NCBI GenBank assembly: GCA_963594125.1
Contig: CAVBCV010000001.1
Location: 746 to 64,745 of the forward strand
Direction: 5' to 3'
From: Lachnospiraceae bacterium
GTDB lineage: Bacteria; Pseudomonadota; Alphaproteobacteria; RF32; CAG-239
Length of the DNA stretch: 64,000 nucleotides
Under the pieces are notes generated by a model, which worked only from the letters and a program-made list of their open reading frames with translations, made no database searches and was not told the DNA's origin. Of the stretch, positions 55,676 to 64,000 are shown one piece after another (within the stretch, counting starts at the first letter, position 1; each line of letters begins with the position of its first letter). A program made the translations under genes and the position numbers.

Positions 55676-56197
55676 CTATTTTTTGCCGCATTTAGCACTG
55701 ATTGTTTTATAAGCGCGAGCGAATCCGTTTAATGAATATGTGTCTTTGGTAGCGGTGCCTTTGCTTGAAACACCATCAACAATCATTCTTTGTCCGCGCC
55801 GCATGGCGGCAACCAGAGCTTTATCGTCTTTATCGGTTAATGTCCAAGCCTTATCAGCATCAGTAAAAAAGTTAGTAAACGTTTCTTTGCCGATTTTTAC
55901 CACTACTTTAGAATCTTTTTTATAGGTATAACCGGCAACAAAATTAACCACATCAAAGCTTTTGTCGGCCGGTCGGTGCGTTACCACCACATAAATATCG
56001 CCGCGGCGGGTATAATTACCCTCGTCGCGTTTGGGCGTTGACGCCATATAACAAACGTTTTTATTGCCCTCTTTATAGGTATACGCCGCCCAATCATTAT
56101 ATTCGCCAAGCAGGCGCGGAGCACCGGCGGCGTGCGCGGTGTTAATACCAAATAACAATACCAAAAACAAATATTTAAACATATTTAAAATACCCAC
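55676..56197 (-). CDS. ialB: Invasion-associated locus B (IalB) family protein, secreted, 173 aa.
   Basis: Signal peptide LFLVLLFGINTAHAAG and the IalB-like region GEYNDWAAYTYKEG...CYMAS. Confidence 0.65.
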   Translation of the reverse strand: MGILNMFKYLFLVLLFGINTAHAAGAPRLLGEYNDWAAYTYKEGNKNVCYMASTPKRDEGNYTRRGDIYVVVTHRPADKSFDVVNFVAGYTYKKDSKVVVKIGKETFTNFFTDADKAWTLTDKDDKALVAAMRRGQRMIVDGVSSKGTATKDTYSLNGFARAYKTISAKCGKK

Positions 56198-56286
56198 TTA
56201 TCTGCAAAATTCCAAAATATTGGTTGCATTATAAATTTAAACTGTTAAAAGAAAGCAAATATTTAATTTTTTCGGAGGCTTTTTTA

Positions 56287-57516
56287 ATGATCCGGACTGA
56301 ATTTTTAGATGTTAATAAACTTATTACCGATAAAGCAATTTTAAAATTGTTTAAAACCGTGAGCGACCACGGCGGAGTTTTACGTTTTGTCGGCGGCGCC
56401 GTGCGCGATGTGTTGGCCGGTCTAAAAGGTTTTGATGTTGATTTAGCAACCGACTTAACACCTGACGAACTGGTTGAGGCTTGCCAAGACGCCGGATTAA
56501 AAACCGTTCCTATCGGAATTAAATTTGCCACCACCGGCGTGATTATCAACAATAAAGTTATTGCGGTTTCATCACTTTATAAAGAGCGCAACGGCTATAA
56601 ACTTAATTCTGATTTTGCTTTTACTGATGACTGGAACGCCGATGCAGCTAAGCGCGACTTAACCATTAACGCGGTTTACGCCGATGAACACGGCAATGTG
56701 TTTGACTATTATAACGGAATTTCAGACCTTGAAAACGGCATTATACGCTTTATCGGCAATGCTGAACAGCAAATTAAAGAACAACCGATACGCATTATGC
56801 GCTTTTTCAGGTTTTATTCAATTTTCGGCAAGGGCAATCCTGACTTAAAATCATTAAAAGCCTGCGTTGAAAACCGCGATTTGCTGAAAACAGTTGCGAT
56901 TGAGCAGGTCCGCAATGAACTTGCCAAGATTTTGCTTACCCCCAATGTGGTAAACACGCTTAACATTATGTTTGAAAACGATATTTTAAGTTACATTTTG
57001 CCGGTTTCAAAAAATTTAAGCACTTTGCAAAACTTATCGGATCTGATTGTTAAAAACAATTTGGAGCCGAGCGCTTTGCGGCGTTTGTACGTGATGTATT
57101 TTCCTGATGAAACGTTGGCTGAAAATTTGGCTATGCGTTTGCACACATCAAAAGAAAATAAAACTCGTTTGGTTAATTGGGCAAAATTTAATATTAACGG
57201 CGATTTATTATCTGAGGATAATTATCTTAAAAAAATTATTTATCTACATGGTAAAGAATTTTGCAAAGATAAAGTTTTGTTTTATGCCGCTAAAAACAAT
57301 TTACCTGACTTTCCGATAAATGATATTTTTGCTAAAATAGAAGTATCCGCAACTCCGAAATTTCCGGTAACCGGTACTGATTTAATTAATTTGGGGATTC
57401 AGGATAACGCCAAAATCGGAGCAACGCTTAATCTATTAAAACAAAAATGGATTCAAAGCGACTTTAGCTTAACCGAAAATGAATTAACTACTATGGCTAA
57501 AAAACTTGCTTGTTAA
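56287..57516 (+). CDS. cca: CCA tRNA nucleotidyltransferase / poly(A) polymerase family protein, about 409 aa.
   Basis: Class II nucleotidyltransferase head LRFVGGAVRDVL...DVDLAT (GG.VRD...D.D) and RIMRFFRF in the neck region. Confidence 0.75.
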   Translation: MIRTEFLDVNKLITDKAILKLFKTVSDHGGVLRFVGGAVRDVLAGLKGFDVDLATDLTPDELVEACQDAGLKTVPIGIKFATTGVIINNKVIAVSSLYKERNGYKLNSDFAFTDDWNADAAKRDLTINAVYADEHGNVFDYYNGISDLENGIIRFIGNAEQQIKEQPIRIMRFFRFYSIFGKGNPDLKSLKACVENRDLLKTVAIEQVRNELAKILLTPNVVNTLNIMFENDILSYILPVSKNLSTLQNLSDLIVKNNLEPSALRRLYVMYFPDETLAENLAMRLHTSKENKTRLVNWAKFNINGDLLSEDNYLKKIIYLHGKEFCKDKVLFYAAKNNLPDFPINDIFAKIEVSATPKFPVTGTDLINLGIQDNAKIGATLNLLKQKWIQSDFSLTENELTTMAKKLAC

Positions 57517-57517
57517 T

Positions 57518-57560
57518 AAAAAATCCTCTTTAAGAAAATTCTTAAAGAGGATTTTTATTA
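57518..57560. terminator. Bidirectional intrinsic terminator between the convergent cca and parB genes.
   Basis: aaaaatcctctttaag-aaaatt-cttaaagaggattttt is a 16-bp stem with A/T runs on both sides. Confidence 0.7.
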
Positions 57561-57568
57561 CATGTGAA

Positions 57569-58459
57569 TTAGCCTTCAAATTTTTCCAATAACGATTCAA
57601 GCTCTGAAAGATTGTTATATGAAAGAACAATTTTACCTTTACCGTTTTTGGAATTATTGATTTGAACTTTAACTCCAAAGCGAGAACTTAACCCTTTTTC
57701 AATTTCAATCAGCTCAGAATCTTTAACTTTTGGGGCTTTTTTATTTAAAGGCACTTTTTTTGCCTCTAGAGAAGAATCCTTTAGTTTTGCGACTAATTCC
57801 TCAACTTGACGCACATTTAAGCCCTCAGCGACGATTTTTTGAGCAAGTTCTTCAGCCATATCTAACCCAACCAATGCGCGAGCATGTCCGGCTGTTAATT
57901 TTCCGTTATTTAACAACGACTTAACGCCATCAGGAAGCGATAAAAGACGTAAAGTGTTGGCAATATAGCTGCGTGATTTGCCGATTACAGTGGAAAGTTT
58001 TTCCTGAGTATAGTTAAAATCCTCAATAAGCTTATCAAAACCGGCGGCTTCTTCAAGAGCGGTTAAATTTTGACGAACAATATTTTCAACCAACGCAACT
58101 TCAAGAACTTCATTGTCGGCCAGATTTTTTTCAATTACCGGAACTTCCGTTAAGCCTGCTTTTTGAGCGGCGCGGAAACGTCTTTCACCGGCGATAATTT
58201 CATACTTATCACCTTTTTGGCGCACTAAAATCGGTTGCAACACGCCCTTTTCTTTTACGGACTGTGTTAAGGCGTTAATCGCATCGTCATCAAAATTACG
58301 GCGCGGCTGAAACTGTCCGGCAACAAGCTTGCTGAGCGGCAGCGTTTTGATAGCTTGTTTTTGTTCATCGGTAAAATCATCAATATTTAAATCAAGCGAA
58401 TCATCGCCCAACAAAGCGCCTAATCCGCGGCCTAATCCGTGCTTATTGTTTACTGCCAT
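57569..58459 (-). CDS. parB: Chromosome partitioning protein ParB, 296 aa.
   Basis: ParB box region GERRFRAA and helix-turn-helix, adjacent to parA. Confidence 0.9.
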   Translation of the reverse strand: MAVNNKHGLGRGLGALLGDDSLDLNIDDFTDEQKQAIKTLPLSKLVAGQFQPRRNFDDDAINALTQSVKEKGVLQPILVRQKGDKYEIIAGERRFRAAQKAGLTEVPVIEKNLADNEVLEVALVENIVRQNLTALEEAAGFDKLIEDFNYTQEKLSTVIGKSRSYIANTLRLLSLPDGVKSLLNNGKLTAGHARALVGLDMAEELAQKIVAEGLNVRQVEELVAKLKDSSLEAKKVPLNKKAPKVKDSELIEIEKGLSSRFGVKVQINNSKNGKGKIVLSYNNLSELESLLEKFEG

Positions 58460-58461
58460 GT

Positions 58462-59229
58462 TTATATCTCCTTTTCACGCTTCAAAACTTCTTTGGCTAA
58501 ATTGATATACGCTTGCGCGCCTACGCTCTTAAAATCATAAATAAGAATCGGCTTGCCGTGCGACGGCGCCTCAGATATACGCACACTTCTCGGGATAACA
58601 GTTTGATATACCAACTCGCCGAAATACTGGCGAACATCTTTTTCAACCATTGAACTTAAATTGTTACGGCGGTCATACATGGTTAAAATTATGCCTTGTA
58701 CTTTAAGTCCGGGATTAAATACCTTTTTTATCTGATTGATATTTTTAATTAAATCAGTTAAGCCTTCAAGCGCCAAAAATTCGCATTGCAGAGGAATAAT
58801 TACGGAGTTGGCGGCAACCAAAGCATTAATAGTGATTAAGTTTAATGACGGCGGACAGTCAATTAAAACATAATCATATTTGCCGTTTATCGTCATTAAC
58901 GCCCGACGCAAAACAAATTCGCGTTTTTCAACGTCTATGAGTTCAATTTCAGCGCCAGCAAGCTCAGGCTTTGACGGTAAAATGTAAAAATCAGGTATTT
59001 CACATGATTTAATCGCAAGTTCCGGATCGGTATTATTGATTAATACATCATAAGACGAATACTCACATTTACGCTTATCAACACCCATAGAGGTGGTAGC
59101 GTTTCCTTGCGGGTCAAGATCAAGCACCAAAACTTTTTTACCAATAGCCGCCATTGCCGTGGCTATGTTAATTGCCGTGGTGGTTTTACCGACACCGCCT
59201 TTTCGGTTTGCAACCGCAATTACTTTCAT
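58462..59229 (-). CDS. parA: Chromosome partitioning ATPase ParA (Soj), 255 aa.
   Basis: Deviant Walker A KGGVGKTT, and the motifs DLDPQGN and LIDCPPS. Confidence 0.9.
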   Translation of the reverse strand: MKVIAVANRKGGVGKTTTAINIATAMAAIGKKVLVLDLDPQGNATTSMGVDKRKCEYSSYDVLINNTDPELAIKSCEIPDFYILPSKPELAGAEIELIDVEKREFVLRRALMTINGKYDYVLIDCPPSLNLITINALVAANSVIIPLQCEFLALEGLTDLIKNINQIKKVFNPGLKVQGIILTMYDRRNNLSSMVEKDVRQYFGELVYQTVIPRSVRISEAPSHGKPILIYDFKSVGAQAYINLAKEVLKREKEI

Positions 59230-59876
59230 TTTGACTTTCTCCTTAAATTTTCAAGCAACAAAACAACTCCGTCTTCTGAAGTTTCATTTTTACAGACGCT
59301 TAACTTAAAATTCCACATTTTACCGGCACCCTCAAGTTCTTCACGGTAACTTTTACCTTTAGGAAAAATAAGTTTGGTTTGACGGGTTGTAAACTTAAAC
59401 ACGTACCCCAAAAGCTTATCTAATGAGGCAACTGCCCGCGCTGTTATAACATCAGCCGGAGGCAAAGTTAAATCTTCGGTTCTTTGATTGAGTATTGTTA
59501 CATTATTTAAATTGAGCGCTGTTTTAACCGCATTTAAATACAGTGTTTTCTTAGTTACACTTTCAATTAATGTAAATTTCATGTCAGGATATTGCTCTTG
59601 CGCCATAATAGCAAGCACCAGAGCCGGAAATCCGGCACCGCTTCCAACATCATAAACAGAATCAACTTGGTTGTTTAAATATTTGAAAAGCTGAGCAGAA
59701 TCCGCGATATGACGCTGCCAAACATCAGGCAACGAGTTATTACTAACCAGATTAAACTTAGCTTGCCACTCATTTAACAAAGCAACAAGTTGTTCAAGTT
59801 TTTGATATGTTTCACGTGAAACAGTGTATATTTTCTTAAAATCATTCATGGATTTTTTATATAACGACAACAACAA
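59226..59876 (-). CDS. rsmG: 16S rRNA (guanine527-N7)-methyltransferase RsmG (GidB), 216 aa.
   Basis: SAM-binding motif DVGSGAGFPAL and its position within the mnmG-parA cluster. Confidence 0.85.
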   Translation of the reverse strand: MLLSLYKKSMNDFKKIYTVSRETYQKLEQLVALLNEWQAKFNLVSNNSLPDVWQRHIADSAQLFKYLNNQVDSVYDVGSGAGFPALVLAIMAQEQYPDMKFTLIESVTKKTLYLNAVKTALNLNNVTILNQRTEDLTLPPADVITARAVASLDKLLGYVFKFTTRQTKLIFPKGKSYREELEGAGKMWNFKLSVCKNETSEDGVVLLLENLRRKSK

Positions 59877-59907
59877 GAGATAAACCTAAATTGTAAGTTA
59901 TAAACAT

Positions 59908-60750
59908 CTATTTTAAATGAAAGCGATTATGATAATTTAAGTCAGAAAGAGTGTTTTCCGCTTTATCAAACATATAACCAACTTCAGAGCAACGATGAGC
60001 ATCATCACTAATTACAAGCGGAATATTTTTAGCAATTATTTTATTTAAAAGGTCACAACAAGGGAAAAAATCATCAGATTTACGCAAACCTTTGGTGCTT
60101 AATTCAGTTGCCATATTGTTTTTAGCAAGAGCGGTGATAATTGCATCATAATCAGCATTGCATAAATTTTGATTATAGCCTTTTACTTTGCGAACATAAT
60201 CAATATGAGCCAAAAAATTAAACAACCCGCTATTAACTGCACGTTTTACAGTTTGCAGATGACGATGAACATACACTTCCATCAGTTCAGGTTTTTCATT
60301 TTCCGGCAATGAATTATAACAACTTATATCAAGCAAATACTCGCCGTCTTCACTCAAGAAAAAATGATTACCGGTCAACATATAATCATAATCAAGCTGT
60401 TTACAAAAATTTTCAAACTCAGTTTGCCAACCGCTATAAGTAAAATAATCAACCTCATAGCCGACACGGACTTTTATTGAAGGATATTTACGGGATACCA
60501 AACGAACTTCTTTAGCATGCTCATTAAACTTTATCAGAGCCTCGTCAAAATCATCATAAGCAATATTGGTCTGATTATGAGTTTTTAAGAAATTATAGTA
60601 TGGAACTTTTTTGATATTTTTATGTATAATCATATGGTCTGAAATACCAATTTCAGTCCAGCCAAGTTTAACCGCTTGACCAAGCATTTCATCAACATTG
60701 TTTGCGCCATCTGAAAATATTGTATGAGTATGATAACTAAATTTTTGCAT
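59908..60750 (-). CDS. PHP-domain (polymerase and histidinol phosphatase family) phosphoesterase, HisK-like, 280 aa.
   Basis: N-terminal YHTHTIFSDG and ISDHMI His/Asp metal-binding motifs typical of the PHP fold. Confidence 0.6.
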   Translation of the reverse strand: MQKFSYHTHTIFSDGANNVDEMLGQAVKLGWTEIGISDHMIIHKNIKKVPYYNFLKTHNQTNIAYDDFDEALIKFNEHAKEVRLVSRKYPSIKVRVGYEVDYFTYSGWQTEFENFCKQLDYDYMLTGNHFFLSEDGEYLLDISCYNSLPENEKPELMEVYVHRHLQTVKRAVNSGLFNFLAHIDYVRKVKGYNQNLCNADYDAIITALAKNNMATELSTKGLRKSDDFFPCCDLLNKIIAKNIPLVISDDAHRCSEVGYMFDKAENTLSDLNYHNRFHLK

Positions 60751-62607
60751 TTATTTACTCTTTAAATATCCTAAAATTGCCGTGATTGCCGCCGGAGTCA
60801 CACCGGTAATACGCGATGCCTCGCCAATAGTTGTCGGACGAATTTTACTCAGCCGGTCAGTCATTTCACGCGATAAACCACCGATTTTGTGATAATCAAT
60901 ATCATCACGCAGTTTTAAGTTTTCATCTTTTTTGAAAACTTCAATATCAGCAAGTTGACGCTTTATATATCCGGCATAACGAGATTCAATTTCAACTTGT
61001 TCATAAATTTTAGATTCAAACTTATTGATTTCAGGGAATAATTTTAAAATTGATTCACGTGAAACATCATTATAGCTCATTAAATGATAAGCCGTGCGTT
61101 TGGAACTATCATGATTTACAGCAATACCCGATTCTTCTAATGAGCTATAATCAGTTTTTAAGTTTTGTGATAATTCCCGCAGTTCATCAATCGCTTGCTT
61201 TTTAGCTTTAAATACACCGTATCTGTAATCTGAAACACATCCTATATCATATCCCTTTGCGGTCAAACGCATATCAGCATTATCAGCGCGCAAGTACAAA
61301 CGATATTCAGAACGTGAAGTAAACATACGATAAGGCTCATCAACACCTTTGGTAATTAAATCATCAACCATAACGCCAATATATCCTTCACTGCGGTCAA
61401 TAACAAACTCCCTACCCTTGCCTTCAGCTTTTAAGGCGGCATTAACTCCGGCAAGCAAACCTTGAGCTGCGGCCTCTTCATAACCGGTTGTTCCATTTAT
61501 TTGTCCCGCTAAAAACAAACTTGGGACTTTTTTAACCTGCAAGCAATAATTAAGTTCGCGCGGGTCAACAAAATCATACTCAATAGCATAAGCCGGACGC
61601 AAAATTTCAACATTTTCTAAACCTTCCATGGTATGAATAAATTGTTCCTGAACATCGGCAGGTAACGAAGTTGAAATTCCGTTAGGATAAACAACATCGG
61701 TATTTAATCCTTCCGGCTCCAAAAAAATTTGATGACTGGTACGGTCGGCAAATTTAACCAACTTATCTTCAATACTCGGACAATAACGCGGTCCGACACC
61801 GGTAATCAGACCTGAAAACAATGCGCATTTTGAAAAATTATCTCGGATAATTTTATGTGTACGCTCATTCGTATGAGTAATATAGCATTTAATTTGAGGA
61901 TTGGTAATTTTATCGGTTAGATATGAAAAAGGCTCTGGATTTTCATCGCCGCATTGTTCAGCTAATATACTCCAGTTAATAGTTTTACCGTTTAAACGAG
62001 CCGGAGTTCCTGTTTTTAAGCGACCGGTTTTTAAGCCGAATTGATTTAAATACGGTGTTATACCTTTACAAGATACGTCGTTCACACGACCACCGACCGA
62101 GGTTTGATGACCGATAAACATAATACCGTTTAAAAATGTTCCGGTAGTTAAAACCACTGCTTTTGCCATAATTTCAGAGCCATCAGCAAGCTTAACACCA
62201 TTAATTTCATGATTATCGTTAATCGTAAGCAAGCCTTCAACTGCCGCCTCGCAAATATCTAAATTATCTTGTTGCTGCAATGCGGCAAGCATATATTTTT
62301 TATATAAATCACGGTCAGCTTGCGCGCGAGGTCCTCTCACCGCCGGTCCCTTAGAAGAATTTAACATACGAAACTGAATACCGGCTTTATCAATAACCCT
62401 ACCCATTAAACCGTCAAGAGCATCAACTTCACGCACCAAGTGCCCTTTTCCAAGCCCGCCGATTGCCGGATTGCATGACATTTCACCGATTGTAGAAATT
62501 TTGTGCGTAATCAACAGAGTATCGGCACCGGTACGCGCTGCGGCAGCCGCAGCTTCACAACCGGCATGACCTCCACCGACAACAATAACATCATAAACTT
62601 TTTTCAT
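60751..62607 (-). CDS. mnmG: tRNA uridine 5-carboxymethylaminomethyl modification enzyme MnmG (GidA), about 618 aa.
   Basis: FAD-binding start [16 protein letters not shown] and a characteristic length above 600 aa. The start at 62607 is preferred. Confidence 0.9.
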   Translation of the reverse strand: MKKVYDVIVVGGGHAGCEAAAAAARTGADTLLITHKISTIGEMSCNPAIGGLGKGHLVREVDALDGLMGRVIDKAGIQFRMLNSSKGPAVRGPRAQADRDLYKKYMLAALQQQDNLDICEAAVEGLLTINDNHEINGVKLADGSEIMAKAVVLTTGTFLNGIMFIGHQTSVGGRVNDVSCKGITPYLNQFGLKTGRLKTGTPARLNGKTINWSILAEQCGDENPEPFSYLTDKITNPQIKCYITHTNERTHKIIRDNFSKCALFSGLITGVGPRYCPSIEDKLVKFADRTSHQIFLEPEGLNTDVVYPNGISTSLPADVQEQFIHTMEGLENVEILRPAYAIEYDFVDPRELNYCLQVKKVPSLFLAGQINGTTGYEEAAAQGLLAGVNAALKAEGKGREFVIDRSEGYIGVMVDDLITKGVDEPYRMFTSRSEYRLYLRADNADMRLTAKGYDIGCVSDYRYGVFKAKKQAIDELRELSQNLKTDYSSLEESGIAVNHDSSKRTAYHLMSYNDVSRESILKLFPEINKFESKIYEQVEIESRYAGYIKRQLADIEVFKKDENLKLRDDIDYHKIGGLSREMTDRLSKIRPTTIGEASRITGVTPAAITAILGYLKSK

Positions 62608-62700
62608 GATAAACTTCCTTTGAAAATTTGTTGCCATAATACGCTAAAATCATGAGATTTCAAGATAAAAAGACACAAATTTATTTATATAAAAGGCAAA

Positions 62701-64000
62701 TTATTTTCCGATACAGAATGAGCCGAAAATTTTATCTAAAATTTCATCAACTTCAAAACGACCGGTGATTTTACCTAATGCTCGCGCCGCAAGCCTTATA
62801 TCCTCAGCCGATAATTCAATTTCTTTATCAAAATTAAAACGGCGTAAATTTTCAACACATTCTTTTAAAGCTTCACGATAACGCGCGCGAGTTATTAAAA
62901 CATTTGAATCTGCAGTAAAATTCTGCGCTATTTTATCACCGATATAACTCATCAGCTCTTCAACCCCTTGATTTTGCTTAACAGACATTAAAAAACAGCC
63001 TTCATTTTTTAACCTTGAACATTGTTCAAATGTTAATTTATCACTTTTATTTGCTATATATAACAGCTTGTTTTTAGACTCTTTTTTGATTTTGTTGAAT
63101 ATGGCGGGAGTATCGGTTGAACCATCAAACAAAGCAATAACTAAATCAGCGTCTTTAATTTTATCTAGAGCAATTTCAATACCTTGCTGTTCAACGATAT
63201 CCGTTGCCTCACGAATACCGGCAGTATCAGTAAAAATAACCGGATATCCTTTAATACTTAAATTAACATCAACAGCATCACGAGTAGTACCGGCTATATC
63301 AGATACAATAGCAGCTTTGCGTTTAACAATAGCATTCAGCAAACTTGATTTTCCGGCATTAGCCGGACCGGCAATAACAATTCTGAAGCCTTCGCGCAGC
63401 CTTTCACCATAATTTGAATTTTGTAAATATTCATCTATTGCTTTAACTAGTTTAAATACAGTGTTCAAATTAGACTCTTTTATGTTTTCAGGAATGTCCT
63501 CATCAGGAAAATCTATATAAGCTTCAAGATAAGCATAAACCTTTAACAATTCAGCACGCCAGCCGTCATATAAATTTTTAAGTCCGCCTTCCATTTGACG
63601 TATAGCGTATTTTTGTTGCTCAGAGGTTTCAGCGTCTATTAAATCAGCCAAACCTTCAGCCTCGGTTAAATCCATTTTATGATTATAAAAAGCGCGGCGA
63701 GAATACTCGCCCGGCTCTGCCAAGCGAAAATCGTCAAGTTGGGATAAAGAAGTTAAAACAGAACTTAATACAGCGCGAGAACCGTGGCACTGAATTTCAA
63801 CTATATCTTCACCGGTGAATGAATGAGGCGCCTTAAAATAAAGCACTAAGGCTTTATCAAGTGTTTCACGTGAAAAAGAATCTTTAATATTAGTAAAATA
63901 GGCATAACGAGGTTTGAGCTCTGACATTTTTACATCAGTCATTAATTTTATAACATCTGTTGCTCTGTCACCAGAAACCCTGATAACCGCCACTCCTGAT
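62701..64000 (-). CDS. mnmE: tRNA modification GTPase MnmE (TrmE), partial. The N-terminus runs off the window edge.
   Basis: G-domain motifs GPANAGKSSLLN and DTAGIRE, and the C-terminal tetrapeptide CIGK. The ORF is open to the end of the window. Confidence 0.85.
   Translation of the reverse strand, partial: SGVAVIRVSGDRATDVIKLMTDVKMSELKPRYAYFTNIKDSFSRETLDKALVLYFKAPHSFTGEDIVEIQCHGSRAVLSSVLTSLSQLDDFRLAEPGEYSRRAFYNHKMDLTEAEGLADLIDAETSEQQKYAIRQMEGGLKNLYDGWRAELLKVYAYLEAYIDFPDEDIPENIKESNLNTVFKLVKAIDEYLQNSNYGERLREGFRIVIAGPANAGKSSLLNAIVKRKAAIVSDIAGTTRDAVDVNLSIKGYPVIFTDTAGIREATDIVEQQGIEIALDKIKDADLVIALFDGSTDTPAIFNKIKKESKNKLLYIANKSDKLTFEQCSRLKNEGCFLMSVKQNQGVEELMSYIGDKIAQNFTADSNVLITRARYREALKECVENLRRFNFDKEIELSAEDIRLAARALGKITGRFEVDEILDKIFGSFCIGK

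Overview
This is an AT-rich window of roughly 35% GC with dense coding and most genes on the minus strand. It looks like an alphaproteobacterial intracellular symbiont, Rickettsiales- or Holosporales-like; the taxon is inferred from gene content and not confirmed. The right end carries the origin-proximal cluster mnmE(partial)-mnmG-[PHP]-rsmG-parA-parB. Core genes I recognise include trkA, dusB, tolQ/tolR/tolA-like, radA, mlaF/mlaE, tsaE, a truncated hprK, tyrS, anmK, rlmN, a CCA-adding enzyme, a CDF transporter, two paralogous ABC exporters, a uracil-DNA glycosylase family 4 protein, an MGMT-like protein and a Bat aerotolerance-like cluster. The more unusual content is as follows. (1) A tRNA-Thr(GGU) at 7800-7874 has a decayed large serine recombinase reading into its 3' end, followed by an accessory island of about 7-8 kb. 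The island contains an SMR efflux gene behind a consensus promoter, an 865-bp ORF-free tract, a TerB-like / HExxH protein / Fic operon, and a divergent two-gene operon whose second gene fuses an Rcl/nucleoside 2-deoxyribosyltransferase-like domain to a metallophosphoesterase. (2) A hydG-like / small ACT-like regulator / hydE-like radical-SAM trio has no hydF or hydA in the window. (3) A structured element of about 93 nt is present in two diverged copies at 98-190 (+) and 53861-53954 (-), with compensatory base changes in two hairpins. The second copy is followed by a strong intrinsic terminator and lies antisense to the leader of a pilin-like gene. A 100-bp tandem repeat array at 266-540 and a dispersed GC-hairpin motif also occur. 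(4) A NADAR-domain gene is co-transcribed with a small SpoT-type HD (p)ppGpp hydrolase. (5) Several tandem paralog pairs of secreted proteins or lipoproteins occur, the two ABC exporters share a gene-conversion tract, and there is a fused GldA/GldF/GldG-like ABC system. Every call rests on reading the sequence and the ORF translations for motifs. No database search was run.
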